A stretch of 64,000 bases of DNA from an uncultured Chthonomonadaceae bacterium (lineage in GTDB: Bacteria > Armatimonadota > Chthonomonadetes > Chthonomonadales > Chthonomonadaceae). The position numbers and the translations under genes were made by a program. Shown here piece after piece: positions 38,729 through 50,400 of this stretch (the first letter of the stretch is position 1; each line of letters opens with the position of its first letter). Below the pieces are notes generated by a model. That model saw only the letters and a program-made list of their open reading frames with translations, ran no database searches and was not told where the DNA came from. Where the stretch lies: positions 64,001 to 128,000 of the forward strand of contig CAWIEK010000046.1 in assembly GCA_963835065.1 (NCBI GenBank), written 5' to 3'.

Positions 38729-39997
38729 ATGTTCAAGTTGCTAAGAAAAATGAGTTTGTGTCTGCTGTTGGTTGTACTGCTGACTTCCGGCACACAAGCA
38801 AAATGGGCAATGGTCGGTACGGACGTTCCGGTTGCCCGCCTGATCGCCAATGTCACGCCGTATGTCAAAGAGCATCCCAACGACGCACAAGGGTATTACG
38901 TGCTGGGACGCATCCATAGCCTTGCCTTTGTGCAAACAGACGCCAATGTGCGCGTTGTCACCAAAGCCGAACGCGCGGCAAGGACAGTTCCCGCCACTCC
39001 GCCGTCCAACGATCCTGCCAATGCGCTGCCCGAATTTCCGCATCAAAGCGTTCTGGTGGGGCAGTACCAGAAAAAAGTGGCGGCGCTCAAGGCCGAAGAG
39101 CGAACGCATTTGCTGGAGTCCATACGTAACTACCAGAAAGCCACGCAGCTTGCGCCCAAAGAGGGGTTGTACTGGCTCGGTTTGGGCTGGATGCTGGAAC
39201 AGGCGACGAACGCGCAGGCAAATAACGGCCCCGCACCCGAAGAAATCACGGCCAATGCTCCCGCATGGCGCTTACAGGCACTTGCCGCGTATCGTCATGC
39301 CTACCAGTTAAACATAAAGGGAGACTTGAAAAAGCCGTACTTTGGCGTCGGCGAGGATACCAACATCAGTCAGGAAGCGGCGGAAGGCAGTTTGCGTCTG
39401 TACAAAGAGCAGTCCTTAACCCCCGAACAAAAGCGGGAACAGCAGGAATTAACCGCCAATGTGCAGAAACTCAGCCACATCGGACACGCGATTACGCCCA
39501 TTATTTTCCCGATGAATGGCGCGGCTTCCCTGTCCCAACTGGTGAATACGCGCCGAACGGTTCGCTTCGATCTGGCCGGGGATGGCAAAAGCCGCGCCTG
39601 GCCCTGGGTCACGCCCGACACCGGATTTCTTGTCTGGGACCCCGCGCATACAGGTCATATAACATCCGGGCGGCAGTTGTTCGGCTCCGCGACGTGGTGG
39701 ATGTTCTGGCGAAACGGCTATCAGGCGCTGCAAGCGTTGGACAACAACCATGACGGTTGGCTGACAGGCCGCGAACTGGAGGGCATTGCCGTATGGCGCG
39801 ACGCCAACAGCAACGGCGTCTGCGACAAAGGCGAAGTGACGCCCCTTGCGCAATTGGGAATCACTTCCATTGCCACGCAAAGCGCGGGAACCGAACAGGG
39901 AATGCCCGCCAATCCCAACGGCCTGCGCCGAACAAATGGAACCTTCCTGCCTACCTACGACTGGACACCGACCTCACTTTCCAACACGCCGAAATAA
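38729..39997 (+). CDS. Secreted protein with TPR-like N-terminal part and C-terminal Ca-binding-type domain
   Basis: Signal peptide; FDLAGDG...GRQLFG...LDNNHDG...WRDANSNG...GITSI. Confidence 0.65.
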   Translation: MFKLLRKMSLCLLLVVLLTSGTQAKWAMVGTDVPVARLIANVTPYVKEHPNDAQGYYVLGRIHSLAFVQTDANVRVVTKAERAARTVPATPPSNDPANALPEFPHQSVLVGQYQKKVAALKAEERTHLLESIRNYQKATQLAPKEGLYWLGLGWMLEQATNAQANNGPAPEEITANAPAWRLQALAAYRHAYQLNIKGDLKKPYFGVGEDTNISQEAAEGSLRLYKEQSLTPEQKREQQELTANVQKLSHIGHAITPIIFPMNGAASLSQLVNTRRTVRFDLAGDGKSRAWPWVTPDTGFLVWDPAHTGHITSGRQLFGSATWWMFWRNGYQALQALDNNHDGWLTGRELEGIAVWRDANSNGVCDKGEVTPLAQLGITSIATQSAGTEQGMPANPNGLRRTNGTFLPTYDWTPTSLSNTPK

Positions 39998-40006
39998 TGA
40001 AACACC

Positions 40007-42328
40007 ATGCCGGATTTTGAACGCAGCCTGCAAGATATAAAAGAAGAAGTCCGCGCCCGCACCGACATTGTAGAGATTGTCGGGCAGTATACCACGCTTA
40101 AAAAAACGGGCAAGAACTTCTCCGGCTTGTGTCCCTTCCACAACGACAAAAAGCCGTCCTTCAGCGTCAGCCCGCAGTTTCAAAGTTATAACTGCTGGTC
40201 GTGCGGGGAAAAGGGCGACATTTTTTCGATTATCCAGAAGAAAGAGAATCTGGAATTCGTGGAAGCGTTGGAATATCTGGCGAAGCGGGCGGGAATCCCG
40301 TTCGAGCGCAAGGCCGGCGATCCGCAAAAGGCGAGTGAGCGCGAACAGGCTTTGGAACTGAACCGGCTGGCGATGGGGTTCTTCAAGGACTGCCTGACGC
40401 GCAGCGCGGAAGGCAAAGAATACCTGGTCAAGCGCGCCCTGCTCAAATCCACGCAGGAGCAGTGGGAAATTGGCTTCGCGCCGCAGGATTGGGATGCCTT
40501 TGTATACCATTTGCAGCGACATAAAGCCGATTTGGAACTCGCTGTCCGCATCGGGTTAATCCGGCAGGGGGACGATGGCAAGTATCGGGACTTTTACCGT
40601 AATCGCTTGATGTTTCCCATCTACGACGGGCAAGGGCGCTTGATTGCGTTCGGCGGGCGGGCAATGGACGACCACCCGGCAAAATATATGAATTCGCCCG
40701 AATCGTTTATATTTCACAAAAGCGAGACGCTGTATGGCCTGTACTTCGCCAAAAAGAAAATCGGCGGCGATACCCCGCCCGTGTTTGTCGAAGGCTACAT
40801 GGACGTAGTTACCACGCATCAGGCGGGATTTACGCAATGCGTGGCAACCCTGGGCACGGCCATGACGCAGGAACATGCGCAGATGTTGAAGCGATACAAT
40901 CCGCGCGTTATTTTGTGTTATGATGCAGACCGCGCGGGTGTAGGCGCGGCTTTGAAAGGCGCGCAAATTTGGGAGGAAATGGGTCTGGAAAAGGCGGAAG
41001 TGCGCGTTGCCCGCCTGCCCAACGGCGACGATCCCGACTCCATCCTGCGCGACCGTCCGAACGGCGCGGCCCTGTTTCAAGCCGCGCTGGACAACGCCAT
41101 CCCTCGCGTGGATTTCCAGATCGAACTCGCCATCCGCCGCCACAACCTGCAAACCGATCAGGGACGCGCCGACGCCCTCGCGGAACTGATTCCCATTCTG
41201 GCGACCGTGCAGCAATCCACGCGCCGGGATATGTACGCGCAGAAATTCGCCTTTCTCAGCCCGCTCCACAATTATGATTTAGGCCGTGCCATTAATTCGA
41301 TTTTGGCGGACGCGGAAATGTACGCCCGCCAAACAAACAACGCCCGCTCGCCCCGCGATCAGGGTTTCCCGCTCACGGAACAGGCCAACCAGCAGCCCTT
41401 GCAGGATACGCCCCCGCCCGCGTTTCGCGGTCCCGACCCGCGACAGGGGGGAAACCTGCCGCCCGGACAATGGCCGAACACGCGCAACACCGTCCGCAAG
41501 GGCGAGTATCCGGGACAAAACGGCAATGGATACGGCAACAACGGCTACGGCGGCAACAGTTATAATGGCGGTAACGGCGGCTATGGGAGAAATAGTGGCG
41601 AACGGAGTGGGTACGGCAGAAGTGGCTACAACGGAAACGGCTACGGCGGGCGCGGCAGAAACCGCAACGGGCCTGTTGGCGACCCAACGCCGCCGTCTAC
41701 GGACACGCCAATTCTCTCCGGCGTGGAAAAAGCGGAGCGGCAACTGCTGCGCGCGGTCTTCAGCCCCGATTGGCGCGTGTTCGTGCTGAGTAACGTCCGC
41801 GCCGAATGGCTCGTCACGCCTTATGGCCGCCGCCTGTTTGAAATCGCTGCCCGCACCCCCTCCAACATGGAAGGCGGCATTGACCCCCTCCCCATTCTCC
41901 ACCGCGCGCAGAATGAAGAGGAAGAAGAGGAGAGACAGGTAACAGGGAACAGGGAACAGGGAACAGCGGGAAATGCTGAACACGGAATGATGAATGATGA
42001 ATACAATGCCGAATCCAATTCATCACTCAGCACTCATCACTCATCACTTTCTAACTCCCCTCGCACAGCAAAGTTTTCTGATTTTATTCGGGAGGTATTG
42101 GAGGATTCGCCGTTCCTGGCGTCGAATGAGCGTCTTAATGAGGCGATCATAACCAACTGCATCGGGCGGCTGAGGAAGCACCGGGCGGAATTGGAACTGC
42201 GGGCGGAAAGCGCGGCCTTACAGCAGTTGGAACATCTCACGCCGGAACAGCAGCGCGCCGCGATTGCGCAGCATCAGGAAAAGATGCGCGAATTGCGCGG
42301 CTCGCCCCCCAAAGACGAGGCCGCATAG
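40007..42328 (+). CDS. dnaG: DNA primase
   Basis: CPFH..KKPSF...CWSC zinc finger, RLMFPI, KYMNSPE, VEGYMD, YDAD and DPD (TOPRIM). Confidence 0.95.
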   Translation: MPDFERSLQDIKEEVRARTDIVEIVGQYTTLKKTGKNFSGLCPFHNDKKPSFSVSPQFQSYNCWSCGEKGDIFSIIQKKENLEFVEALEYLAKRAGIPFERKAGDPQKASEREQALELNRLAMGFFKDCLTRSAEGKEYLVKRALLKSTQEQWEIGFAPQDWDAFVYHLQRHKADLELAVRIGLIRQGDDGKYRDFYRNRLMFPIYDGQGRLIAFGGRAMDDHPAKYMNSPESFIFHKSETLYGLYFAKKKIGGDTPPVFVEGYMDVVTTHQAGFTQCVATLGTAMTQEHAQMLKRYNPRVILCYDADRAGVGAALKGAQIWEEMGLEKAEVRVARLPNGDDPDSILRDRPNGAALFQAALDNAIPRVDFQIELAIRRHNLQTDQGRADALAELIPILATVQQSTRRDMYAQKFAFLSPLHNYDLGRAINSILADAEMYARQTNNARSPRDQGFPLTEQANQQPLQDTPPPAFRGPDPRQGGNLPPGQWPNTRNTVRKGEYPGQNGNGYGNNGYGGNSYNGGNGGYGRNSGERSGYGRSGYNGNGYGGRGRNRNGPVGDPTPPSTDTPILSGVEKAERQLLRAVFSPDWRVFVLSNVRAEWLVTPYGRRLFEIAARTPSNMEGGIDPLPILHRAQNEEEEEERQVTGNREQGTAGNAEHGMMNDEYNAESNSSLSTHHSSLSNSPRTAKFSDFIREVLEDSPFLASNERLNEAIITNCIGRLRKHRAELELRAESAALQQLEHLTPEQQRAAIAQHQEKMRELRGSPPKDEAA

Positions 42329-42442
42329 CACGAACCAAGCGCTCAATCATTGAAGAAGCGCGTAACAAAACCGTTCCCGACAGCTTGCGCTCAGAATAAA
42401 AGTTGTTTCAAAAGAGCAAGCGCGCAAAAGGAGAGTGTCGGA

Positions 42443-43627
42443 GTGGGAAGCACCAGCGTTGCCGTTTCAACGGCTCAGGGCGCGGAGGAACTGCGTCATT
42501 TGCTCCTGCGGGGCAAAGATCGCGGTTTTCTGACCTACGAGGAAATCCACGACAGTTTAGGGGCAAACGTCGGCTATGACAGCCTGAGCCATGAAGACGG
42601 CGACAGCGTCCAGGTGGATGAATTGATTGACCTTCTGGCGCGTGAAGGCATCGAAGTCGTGCCACAGGCGTCCGGCAAGGACTACGCCGCTCCCCTGCAT
42701 TTGACCGACATGCCGCCCCCCCTATCGGGCCGGGAACCCGAATACATCGAAGAAGAGATTGTGCCCCTGGAAGGCTTGCCGATTGACGATAGCGTCCGCT
42801 GCTGGCTGCGCGAAATCGGCAAAACCCCGCTCCTGTCCCTCGCGGATGAGGTTTATCTTGCCAAGCGCATCGAGCGCGAAACCGAAAACCCCCGCGCCGC
42901 CAAACGCGCCAAAGACACGCTCACGCAGGCCAATCTACGCCTGGTTGTCAGCATCGCCAAAAAGTACAGTGGGCGCGGCCTGTCGTTCCCCGACTTGATT
43001 CAGGAAGGCAACCTGGGCCTGATTCGCGCGGTGGAAAAATACGATTACCGGCGCGGCTACAAGTTCAGCACGTATGCGACGTGGTGGATACGGCAGGCGA
43101 TTTCCCGCGCCATCGCCGATCAGGGGCGCACCATTCGCGTCCCCGTTCACATGATCGAAACCATCAACCGCCTGATGAAAACGTCCGGCAATTTAATACA
43201 GGAGCAGGGGCGCGAACCCACCATGGAAGAAATCGCGCAGGCAATGAGCGTGACCGTCGAGCGCGTGTCGGAAATCATTCGCGCCGCGCCCGAACCCCTG
43301 TCCCTGGAAACGCCCATCGGCGAAGAAGACAGCCATCTGTCTGATTTTGTGGAAGACCACGCCGCCCTGCTGCCCCCGGAAGCGGCAGCGCAAATGATCG
43401 TGCGCGAACACATCAACGACATCCTCAACTATCTCACGACGCGGGAAAAGGACGTGCTTGTCATGCGCTTCGGCCTGGAAGACGGCTGCCCGAAAACGCT
43501 GGAAGAAGTCGGGCGCTGCTTCCACGTCACGCGCGAACGCATCCGCCAGATAGAATCCAAAGCCCTCAAAAAACTGCGCAATCCCCGCTGCAACTGCCGC
43601 CTCCGCGCCTGTCTCGAATGGCAGTAA
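42443..43627 (+). CDS. Sigma70 family group 1/2 (RpoD/SigA-like) sigma factor; start uncertain
   Basis: [35 protein letters not shown] and [10 protein letters not shown] motifs; follows dnaG. Confidence 0.9.
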   Translation: MGSTSVAVSTAQGAEELRHLLLRGKDRGFLTYEEIHDSLGANVGYDSLSHEDGDSVQVDELIDLLAREGIEVVPQASGKDYAAPLHLTDMPPPLSGREPEYIEEEIVPLEGLPIDDSVRCWLREIGKTPLLSLADEVYLAKRIERETENPRAAKRAKDTLTQANLRLVVSIAKKYSGRGLSFPDLIQEGNLGLIRAVEKYDYRRGYKFSTYATWWIRQAISRAIADQGRTIRVPVHMIETINRLMKTSGNLIQEQGREPTMEEIAQAMSVTVERVSEIIRAAPEPLSLETPIGEEDSHLSDFVEDHAALLPPEAAAQMIVREHINDILNYLTTREKDVLVMRFGLEDGCPKTLEEVGRCFHVTRERIRQIESKALKKLRNPRCNCRLRACLEWQ

Positions 43628-43676
43628 GTCACCGCGCAGGCCCTCACCCAAACCCCTTCTCCCAATAGGCATAGCA

Positions 43677-43965
43677 TCCGCGTCCGTAGGACACTTGTAC
43701 TTTCCTGCCGGGTACTTTCAATACCCGGCCTATAAGGAAAAAAAACTGCAACCTTTCCCCTCCACAAGTCGTCTGAATACATATACATACGTCTAGTATA
43801 AAGGAAGGAGAACAGCCGCCTATGCTCTGCCTGCTGCCGTTGCCGCCCTGACGCCGCTGAGGTCACGACGCCTCTCTCCTACAACCAGACACAACGAGAC
43901 ATCGGGCTGGAAGCGCTGCATTGCCAAGATTTCGACGATGACTCTACATACTCTTTTTTCTACCT
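43677..43965 (+). repeat. Second copy of the dispersed REP-ended element (inverted relative to 5075-5452)
   Basis: TCCGCGTCCGTAGGAC...GCCGGGTACTTTCAATACCCGGCC, then CCTCTCTCCTACAACCAGACACAACGAGACATCGGGCTG...GATTTCGACGATGACTCTACATA. Confidence 0.8.
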
Positions 43966-44067
43966 GCCCTTTTTTCCGACGCTTTCATCCTTCATCCTTC
44001 ATCCTTTCCTTGCGCCGGTTCGGCAAGGGATAGATGTACAGACTCTAAAGTGGTTTTACGTAGATTG

Positions 44068-44691
44068 CTACTTGTAGGCGGCTTGCTGTTCCTGAAAGTT
44101 TCCTGCCTCCAAATTGCGCCGCAATAGGACGCGCGCTCGATAGACGCGGGAGCGAATGGTTCCCATCGGGCAGTTGAGCGCGTGGGCGATCTGCTCATAG
44201 GAGCGTTCCTGCGCTATCATCAGCAGGGTCGCTTGGTGCAAGTGGGGCAGGGAACGCAGCGCGGCTTGCAGTTCCCCACTGATTTCTCTTTCCAGCAAGC
44301 GCTCCTGTGGACCACTTGCGCTGTCGGGCAGTTCGGGGCAGCACCCTCCCTCATTCCCGTTCTCGTTCTCGCCGGAACCCATTGTGGGCGCATCCAGCGA
44401 AATTTCCGGCCTGCGCTTGCGCTTGCGGCTTTGGTCTATGATGATGTTGCCCGCGATCCGAAACAGCCAGGCTTCAAAAGAGTAGCGGGGATCGAACGTC
44501 TCGAAATGAGTCCAGGCGCGGGTCAGCGCTTCCTGCGTCACGTCTTCGGCGTCGTGCGCATTGCCGACGGAACGGCGCGCGTAGTTGTACAGCCGTTGGT
44601 GAGTTTGCGTTACGAGGACTTGAAACCGCGCCTGTCGCCGCGCAAGCGCCTGCTCCCCTGTTTCCTTCCAGTTCGCGTTTCCTGCTTTCAT
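44068..44691 (-). CDS. ECF-type sigma70 factor
   Basis: DAEDVTQE, FEAWLFRIA.N and SYEQIA..LNCPMGTIRSRVYRAR motifs. Confidence 0.92.
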   Translation of the reverse strand: MKAGNANWKETGEQALARRQARFQVLVTQTHQRLYNYARRSVGNAHDAEDVTQEALTRAWTHFETFDPRYSFEAWLFRIAGNIIIDQSRKRKRRPEISLDAPTMGSGENENGNEGGCCPELPDSASGPQERLLEREISGELQAALRSLPHLHQATLLMIAQERSYEQIAHALNCPMGTIRSRVYRARVLLRRNLEAGNFQEQQAAYK

Positions 44692-44799
44692 TGCAAATTC
44701 GGGAGCCTAAGTCATTATCGTTTTCCTTCCTAACGTGACACTTTCCTAACGTAGCACTTTTTCAAGTGGGGAGTTTTCGCGTAACGATTGAAACGGCGG

Positions 44800-45774
44800 T
44801 TATGCGGACACCGCCAGGACGATTTTGCCGGGTTTATGGGGCTTGCCGGCCAGCATTTCATGTGCCAGGCGCGCTTGCGCGAGGGGCAGCGTTTCGCCGA
44901 CATGGGTTGTGAGCCGTCCCGCATCGAACATCCCGGCAATCCGGCTCAAGCCTGCGGAGGTGACGCAAACAATAAAGTACGCGCTCCGAACGCGCTTCTG
45001 TGCCGCCTTCTCCTGATCGGGCAGGGATACGACGGACACCACAATGCCACCCGGCTTGAGAACGTCGAAAGATTGGTCAAGAATTTCGCCGCCAATCGTG
45101 TCAATCACGACATCCACCTCTTTCACCTGTTCCGCCAATTTCGATGTTTGCGCGTCAATAATCTGGTTCGCGCCCAGGGCACGGACGTAATCTGCATCCC
45201 GCGTTCGCGCAAGGCCGATAACTTCGGCTCCGGCCTGCTTTGCGAATTGAACCGCATACGCGCCCACGCTGCCGCCCGCGCCAAGCACAAGAACCCGCTT
45301 TCCGGCTTCCACCTGCCCCTTATCGAACACCATCTGCCACGCCGTAATCGCTACGACGGGTACGGAAGCCGCTTCCACATAACTCAGCGACGTGGGTTTG
45401 GGCGCAATCATCCCGGCGTCCGCAACGGCGTACTCGGCATACGCGCCCGTGAACTGCGGATTGGTGACGCCAAACACGTCGTCACCAACCTTCAACCCGC
45501 TCACATCGGAACCAACCGCCGCGACAATTCCGGCAAGATCGGAGCCGGGAGTCAGGGGCAACGCCTGGCGCAGACTGCTCGCCCCGGACCTTACAAGCGC
45601 ATCCCACGGCCCGACTCCCGCCGCCTTAACCTCCACGAGTACCTGCCCGATGCCGGGCGCGGGCCGGGGCGTATTCTCAATCACGATAGTTTCCACGCCG
45701 CCGAACTGATGAACCCGCGCCGCTTGCATCTGCCCTGTCACGACGCTTTTCTGATCTGCCGAATGTTCGTTCAT
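44800..45774 (-). CDS. NADP-dependent oxidoreductase (MDR/quinone reductase-like)
   Basis: PGSDLAG, GAYAEY, GAGGSVG..AVQFAK and GKIVL motifs. Confidence 0.9.
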   Translation of the reverse strand: MNEHSADQKSVVTGQMQAARVHQFGGVETIVIENTPRPAPGIGQVLVEVKAAGVGPWDALVRSGASSLRQALPLTPGSDLAGIVAAVGSDVSGLKVGDDVFGVTNPQFTGAYAEYAVADAGMIAPKPTSLSYVEAASVPVVAITAWQMVFDKGQVEAGKRVLVLGAGGSVGAYAVQFAKQAGAEVIGLARTRDADYVRALGANQIIDAQTSKLAEQVKEVDVVIDTIGGEILDQSFDVLKPGGIVVSVVSLPDQEKAAQKRVRSAYFIVCVTSAGLSRIAGMFDAGRLTTHVGETLPLAQARLAHEMLAGKPHKPGKIVLAVSA

Positions 45775-45903
45775 AATCACCTTCCTGAGCAATCACCTGA
45801 AGCAATCGCGTGAATACCAGGCGGAGGGACGCTGAAAGTTCACAACTTCTGCGTCCCTATCAACTATTAACTATCAACTATCAACTTCTTTGTGGGCGAA
45901 GTT

Positions 45904-46143
45904 TCAGCGCTGCCAGTAGTTGTTGGCGGCGGCAATGGTGGCGAACTCCGTGGCGACAACCTGGGAAATGGCGATCAGCATCATGGCGTCGTTGGCGTAC
46001 ACGGCCCGGAGTTCCTGGCGTTTGTCGGCGTCCGGCTGCGTGAACTTGATGACAAGGCGGGCGATATGGACGGCGAGTTGGCGTCCTTCTTCGGGCGTCG
46101 CCGTAATCAGCGTGTTGTTGGGAATCAGTGTTGGAGTATCCAA
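45904..46143 (-). CDS. Hexameric tyrosine-coordinated heme protein (HTHP) family
   Basis: LITATPEEG..LAV....TQPD....LRAVYANDA..LIA...VVATEF.TIAAANNYW matches the HTHP pattern. Confidence 0.85.
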   Translation of the reverse strand: MDTPTLIPNNTLITATPEEGRQLAVHIARLVIKFTQPDADKRQELRAVYANDAMMLIAISQVVATEFATIAAANNYWQR

Positions 46144-46193
46144 TGTAAATGTCCTTTCATGTCAGGGAATGCGAGGCGTTTTATGCAGTCCTG

Positions 46194-47028
46194 CTACACG
46201 CTCAGGGCGGGTACGCGGGGATGTGTGGCCCATTCGAGGGCATAATCCGCCACTTCTTCCCATCCCGGTTCGCCGAGCGTGTAGTGCGAGCGGTTGGGGA
46301 ACTCTATGAAGTGTGTGATCGCCTGGGAGTTGCAGTACAGGTTATAGTTCGCTCTGGTTACGGAAGCGGGCGCGATGTGGTCCTTGCCGCCGGCAATCAG
46401 CAGCAGCGGCGCGCGGTTATTGTTGTGAAAATTGACGGCGGTTGCCGCGTGTGGGTTGAAGTTGGCAAGGCCGGCCTGAAATAAAACATGGTCGGGACCC
46501 GGCACGGCGTAGCGTTCGTACACCCGGCGCGACTCGGCTTCGCTCAACTGGTTGCCGAAAGCATAATGGAACTGCTCCGGCGTCAACGCCGCCACTTTAT
46601 GAAGATTGAACGGATTGCTGAGGGCGGGAAACGAGAACTCGCAGCGTTGAAAACGGCAGCAGCAAAATGCCTTTGACCGGGGCGGAGTCGAGCGCCACGC
46701 CCGCCGCGCCCAATCCCCTGTCCAGCAAAATCTGCGCGAAAAGCCCGCCGAACGAATGTCCCATGATGATCGGTGGTTTGTCCAGGCCGCGAATGATATG
46801 GTCGTAGTGGTCAACGATTTCGGTCACGCCCAATCCGCCGAGGGAAGCGGGATTACTGCGCAATTCTTCGATGCTTTTGTCCATGCCGGGCCAGGCCGGG
46901 GCGAGGACATTGTAACCTTTGTCCGTATAGCGCTTGATCCAGTGTTCCCAGCTCAGGGGCGTCATCCACAGCCCGTGTATCAGAACGATGGTGTCCGAAG
47001 TCGCCGGGGATGTTGTTTTGCTTGCCAT
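46194..47028 (-). CDS. Alpha/beta hydrolase, split by an apparent frameshift near 46635
   Basis: LIHGLW and GHSFGG in the first frame; LLLIAGGKDH and NRSH in the second. Confidence 0.8.
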
Positions 47029-47413
47029 GCTATTCTCCTCTTCTTTTCAGTGCAATGTTTAATGCTATGTTGATGCCGTTGATTGCGCTTTCCGGTTGAT
47101 TGGGCTTTCCAGCGCAATCGCGTTGTAAAAACAGCAAGGTTGGCAGTACAATAGAAGGTGAGCGTGTATTGTGCTGCCGTCCTCTTTTTCAAAGTTGGCT
47201 TTCCCTTGCTGTTCGTCGCCGTTGACTGGTTTAGTATCCGGGGCCGGTATTGTCCGTAACGTTCCCATTTCGCGGCAAAAGCGTTCCCGCCTTAAATTTT
47301 TTCGCGCGAAATGGCGAAACGCTGAAAGTTCGTAGTTCCTGCCCTATCAACTATCAACTATCAACTATCAACTCGTCCGGCAGATACTGCCGCCCTTATC
47401 TGACCATTCCGCT

Positions 47414-50400
47414 ATGCAGGAAGGAGTGATCCCGTTCATGACGACGCCTGAGACAGCCGACGCTTCGTTCCGCCTGCGTCTTTTCGGCCCGATGCAGGCG
47501 CTGGTGGACGGCAACGCCCTGCCTCCGATGCGTTCGCGCAAAGGCTTGTGGCTGCTGGCTCTGCTGACCCTGCGCCATGATCGCCCGGTGGAGCGCGAAT
47601 GGCTGGCCGGAACCCTCTGGCCGGACGTGGAGCAAAGCCAGGCATTCGCCAATTTGCGCCCGATTTTAAGCGAACTGCGCAACAGTCTGGGCAGCCAGAA
47701 AGAGCGCTTGCAGTCGCCGGACCGCCATACGCTTCGATTAGATTTGGCCGGCGCGGACGTTGACCTGATCGCCTTTGATGCCGCAATTGCCAATAAAAAC
47801 CTGACGGCATTGGAACAGGCAGCAACGCTGTATCAAGGTTCCCTGCTGGAAGGATGCGCGGAAGAGTGGGTGTTTCAGGAGCGTAATCAGCGCGAACAGG
47901 ATTGTTTACACGCCTTGCAGCAGTTGGGGGATGCCGCTCTGACCGCCAGGGAGTATGCCAAAGCGATTCATTATTATCAGAAGGCCGCCGCCATTGATCC
48001 CTTCCTGGAAGTAGCGCGGCGCGGTTGGATGGAAGCGCTTGCGCAAAACGGGGATCGTAACGCCGCGTTACAGGTTTATCGCGAATTTGCCGCATTGCTG
48101 CGCAGTAATCTCCATGCCGCTCCTGACGAACGGACGAACGCTTTGTACGCGCGCCTGCGCGCCGAAGCGCGGCAGCAAGGCAATTCTCCCACTGTGGTTG
48201 CAACGCCGCCCGCGCCTGCGCCGACAGTAACAGGCTACCTCCCGCATCCATTGACTGATCTGGTGGGAAGGGAGGATGAGCGCGCGGAAGTGGCGTCCCG
48301 GTTGCGGCGTTCCCGGCTCGTGACGCTGACGGGTATGGGCGGAATCGGCAAGACCCGGCTTTCTCTTGAAGTTGCCGGGGAAGTCGTCCATGAGTATGCC
48401 GATGGCGTTTGGCTGGTCGCGCTGGACGCGCTTACCGAGGGGAAGCAAGTGCTGCCACAAATCGCTTCCGTTTTGGGCGTGAAAGAAGAAGCGCAGCGGG
48501 AACTAATGCAAAGCCTGGCCGAGCGGCTGCGTAACAAGCGTCTGCTGCTGGTGCTGGACAACTGCGAACACCTGTTGCAGGCAAGCGCCCAGGCTGTCGG
48601 GCCGATTTTGCGGGAAAGTGAGGGGGTACGGGTTTTAGCCACGAGTCGGGAAGCATTGGGCATTACGGGGGAAATTGTTTGGGCCGTGCCTTGCCTTGCC
48701 GTGCCTGACCCGGCGCATCTGCCGCAGGGACAGGCCACCTTGCTGCGGGTGCTGACGGGCTATGAAAGCGTACAATTGTTCGTGGAGCGGGCGCAATCCA
48801 TCCAAAAGACATTTCTGCTGAACGCGGAAAATGCCCGGATGGTTGCGGAAGTGTGCTTTCGCCTGGAAGGTATTCCTCTCGCCATCGAACTGGCCGCCGC
48901 CCGCATCAAAGCCATGACCGTCGAGCAGATCGCGGCGCGTTTGAACAACGAACTGGGGCTGTTGATCGGCGGAAGCCGGACGGCGCAATCGAGGCAATTA
49001 ACGTTGAGAGCGACATTGGACTGGTCGTATGCCCTGTTGAGCGAACCGGAGCGAATCCTGCTGCGGCGATTGTCGGTTTTTGCGGGCGGCTGGGCCTTGG
49101 AAGCGGCGGAACAGGTATGCGGCGAGGAGAGGGAACAGGGAACAGGGAACAGGGTACAGGAAAAAGAAGGAGAGCCGTTACTTTCTCCTTTCTCCTTTCT
49201 CCTTTCTCCTGCCGACGTGCTGAATTTGCTGACTTCCCTTGTGGACAAATCGCTGGTTGCGTTTGGGGATCAGGAAGGAACGATGGGCGGGCGTTACCGT
49301 TTACTGGAACCGGTGCGGCAGTACGCGGCGGAGCAATTACAGGCTGGCGGGGAAGCCGAGCAGGCCAGGGCAAGGCATCGGGACTGGTTTCTGGCATTGG
49401 CGGAGGAGGCCACGCTGCATTTGCGGGGAAGCGGGCAGCGGCAATGGCTGCAGCGGCTGGACAGAGAATACGACAATCTGCGGGCGGCGCTGGCGTGGAG
49501 CGCAGCGGATGCGCAGGGCGCGGAAGTCGGGCTGCGGCTCACGGGCGCGTTGTGGCGGTTCTGGTATGTGCGCGGCGATTACAGTGAAGGACGCCGGTAT
49601 CTGTGGAACGCGCTGGAACGGGAAGGCGCGCAGGAGCGGACGCCGGCACGGGCGCTGGCGCTGAACGGAGCCGGCGCGCTGGCTTACGATCAGGCCGATT
49701 ATATGGCGGCGCGGGCGCTGTTTGAGGAAGGCTTGAGTATTGGCAGGCAATTGGAAGACAGGCGGGGCGTCGCCGGTTCGCTGCGTAATTTGGGCAATGT
49801 GGCCCTGGCATTCAGCGAAAATGCAACAGCGCAGGCGCTGTATGAAGAGAGTTTGGCGTTAAGCAGAAAATTAGAGGATAGGCATAGTATCGCCGTTACC
49901 TTGAGCAACCTGGGCATTGTGGCGCGTCATGAGGGGGATTATGCGGCCTCAAGAACTCTCTTCGAAGAAAGCCTGGGAATTTCTAAAAATTTGGGAGACC
50001 AACTTGGCATGGCGCGGGCGTTTCTGAATCTGGGCAACGTGGCGCGTCAGCAGGGCGATGTTGCCGTTTCACAAAATTTCTACGAGGAGAGCTTGGGGAT
50101 TTACAGAGAATTGGGAGACCGGCAGGGCATCGCGCGGTGTCTCGGCAGTTTGGGCAGTGTGGCTCATGGGGAGGGCAAATACGAGCTGGCGCGAGTTCTG
50201 CAGGAGGAGAGTTTACGCCTCTTTCGGGAGTTGGACGACAGGCAGGCGATTGCTTTAGCGCTCGGCAATTTAGGCGCGGTTGCTTATGAACAGACAGATT
50301 ATGCGTCGGCGCGAAGTTTGTATAAGGAAAGTTTAAGCCTTTTGCAAAAGTTGGGAGACAAGGCGGGGGCAGTGGAAAGCCTGGAAGGATTGGCAGCCGT

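Noticed and set aside
44788..45813. 341-aa plus-strand ORF
   Set aside because: Antisense shadow of the oxidoreductase gene.
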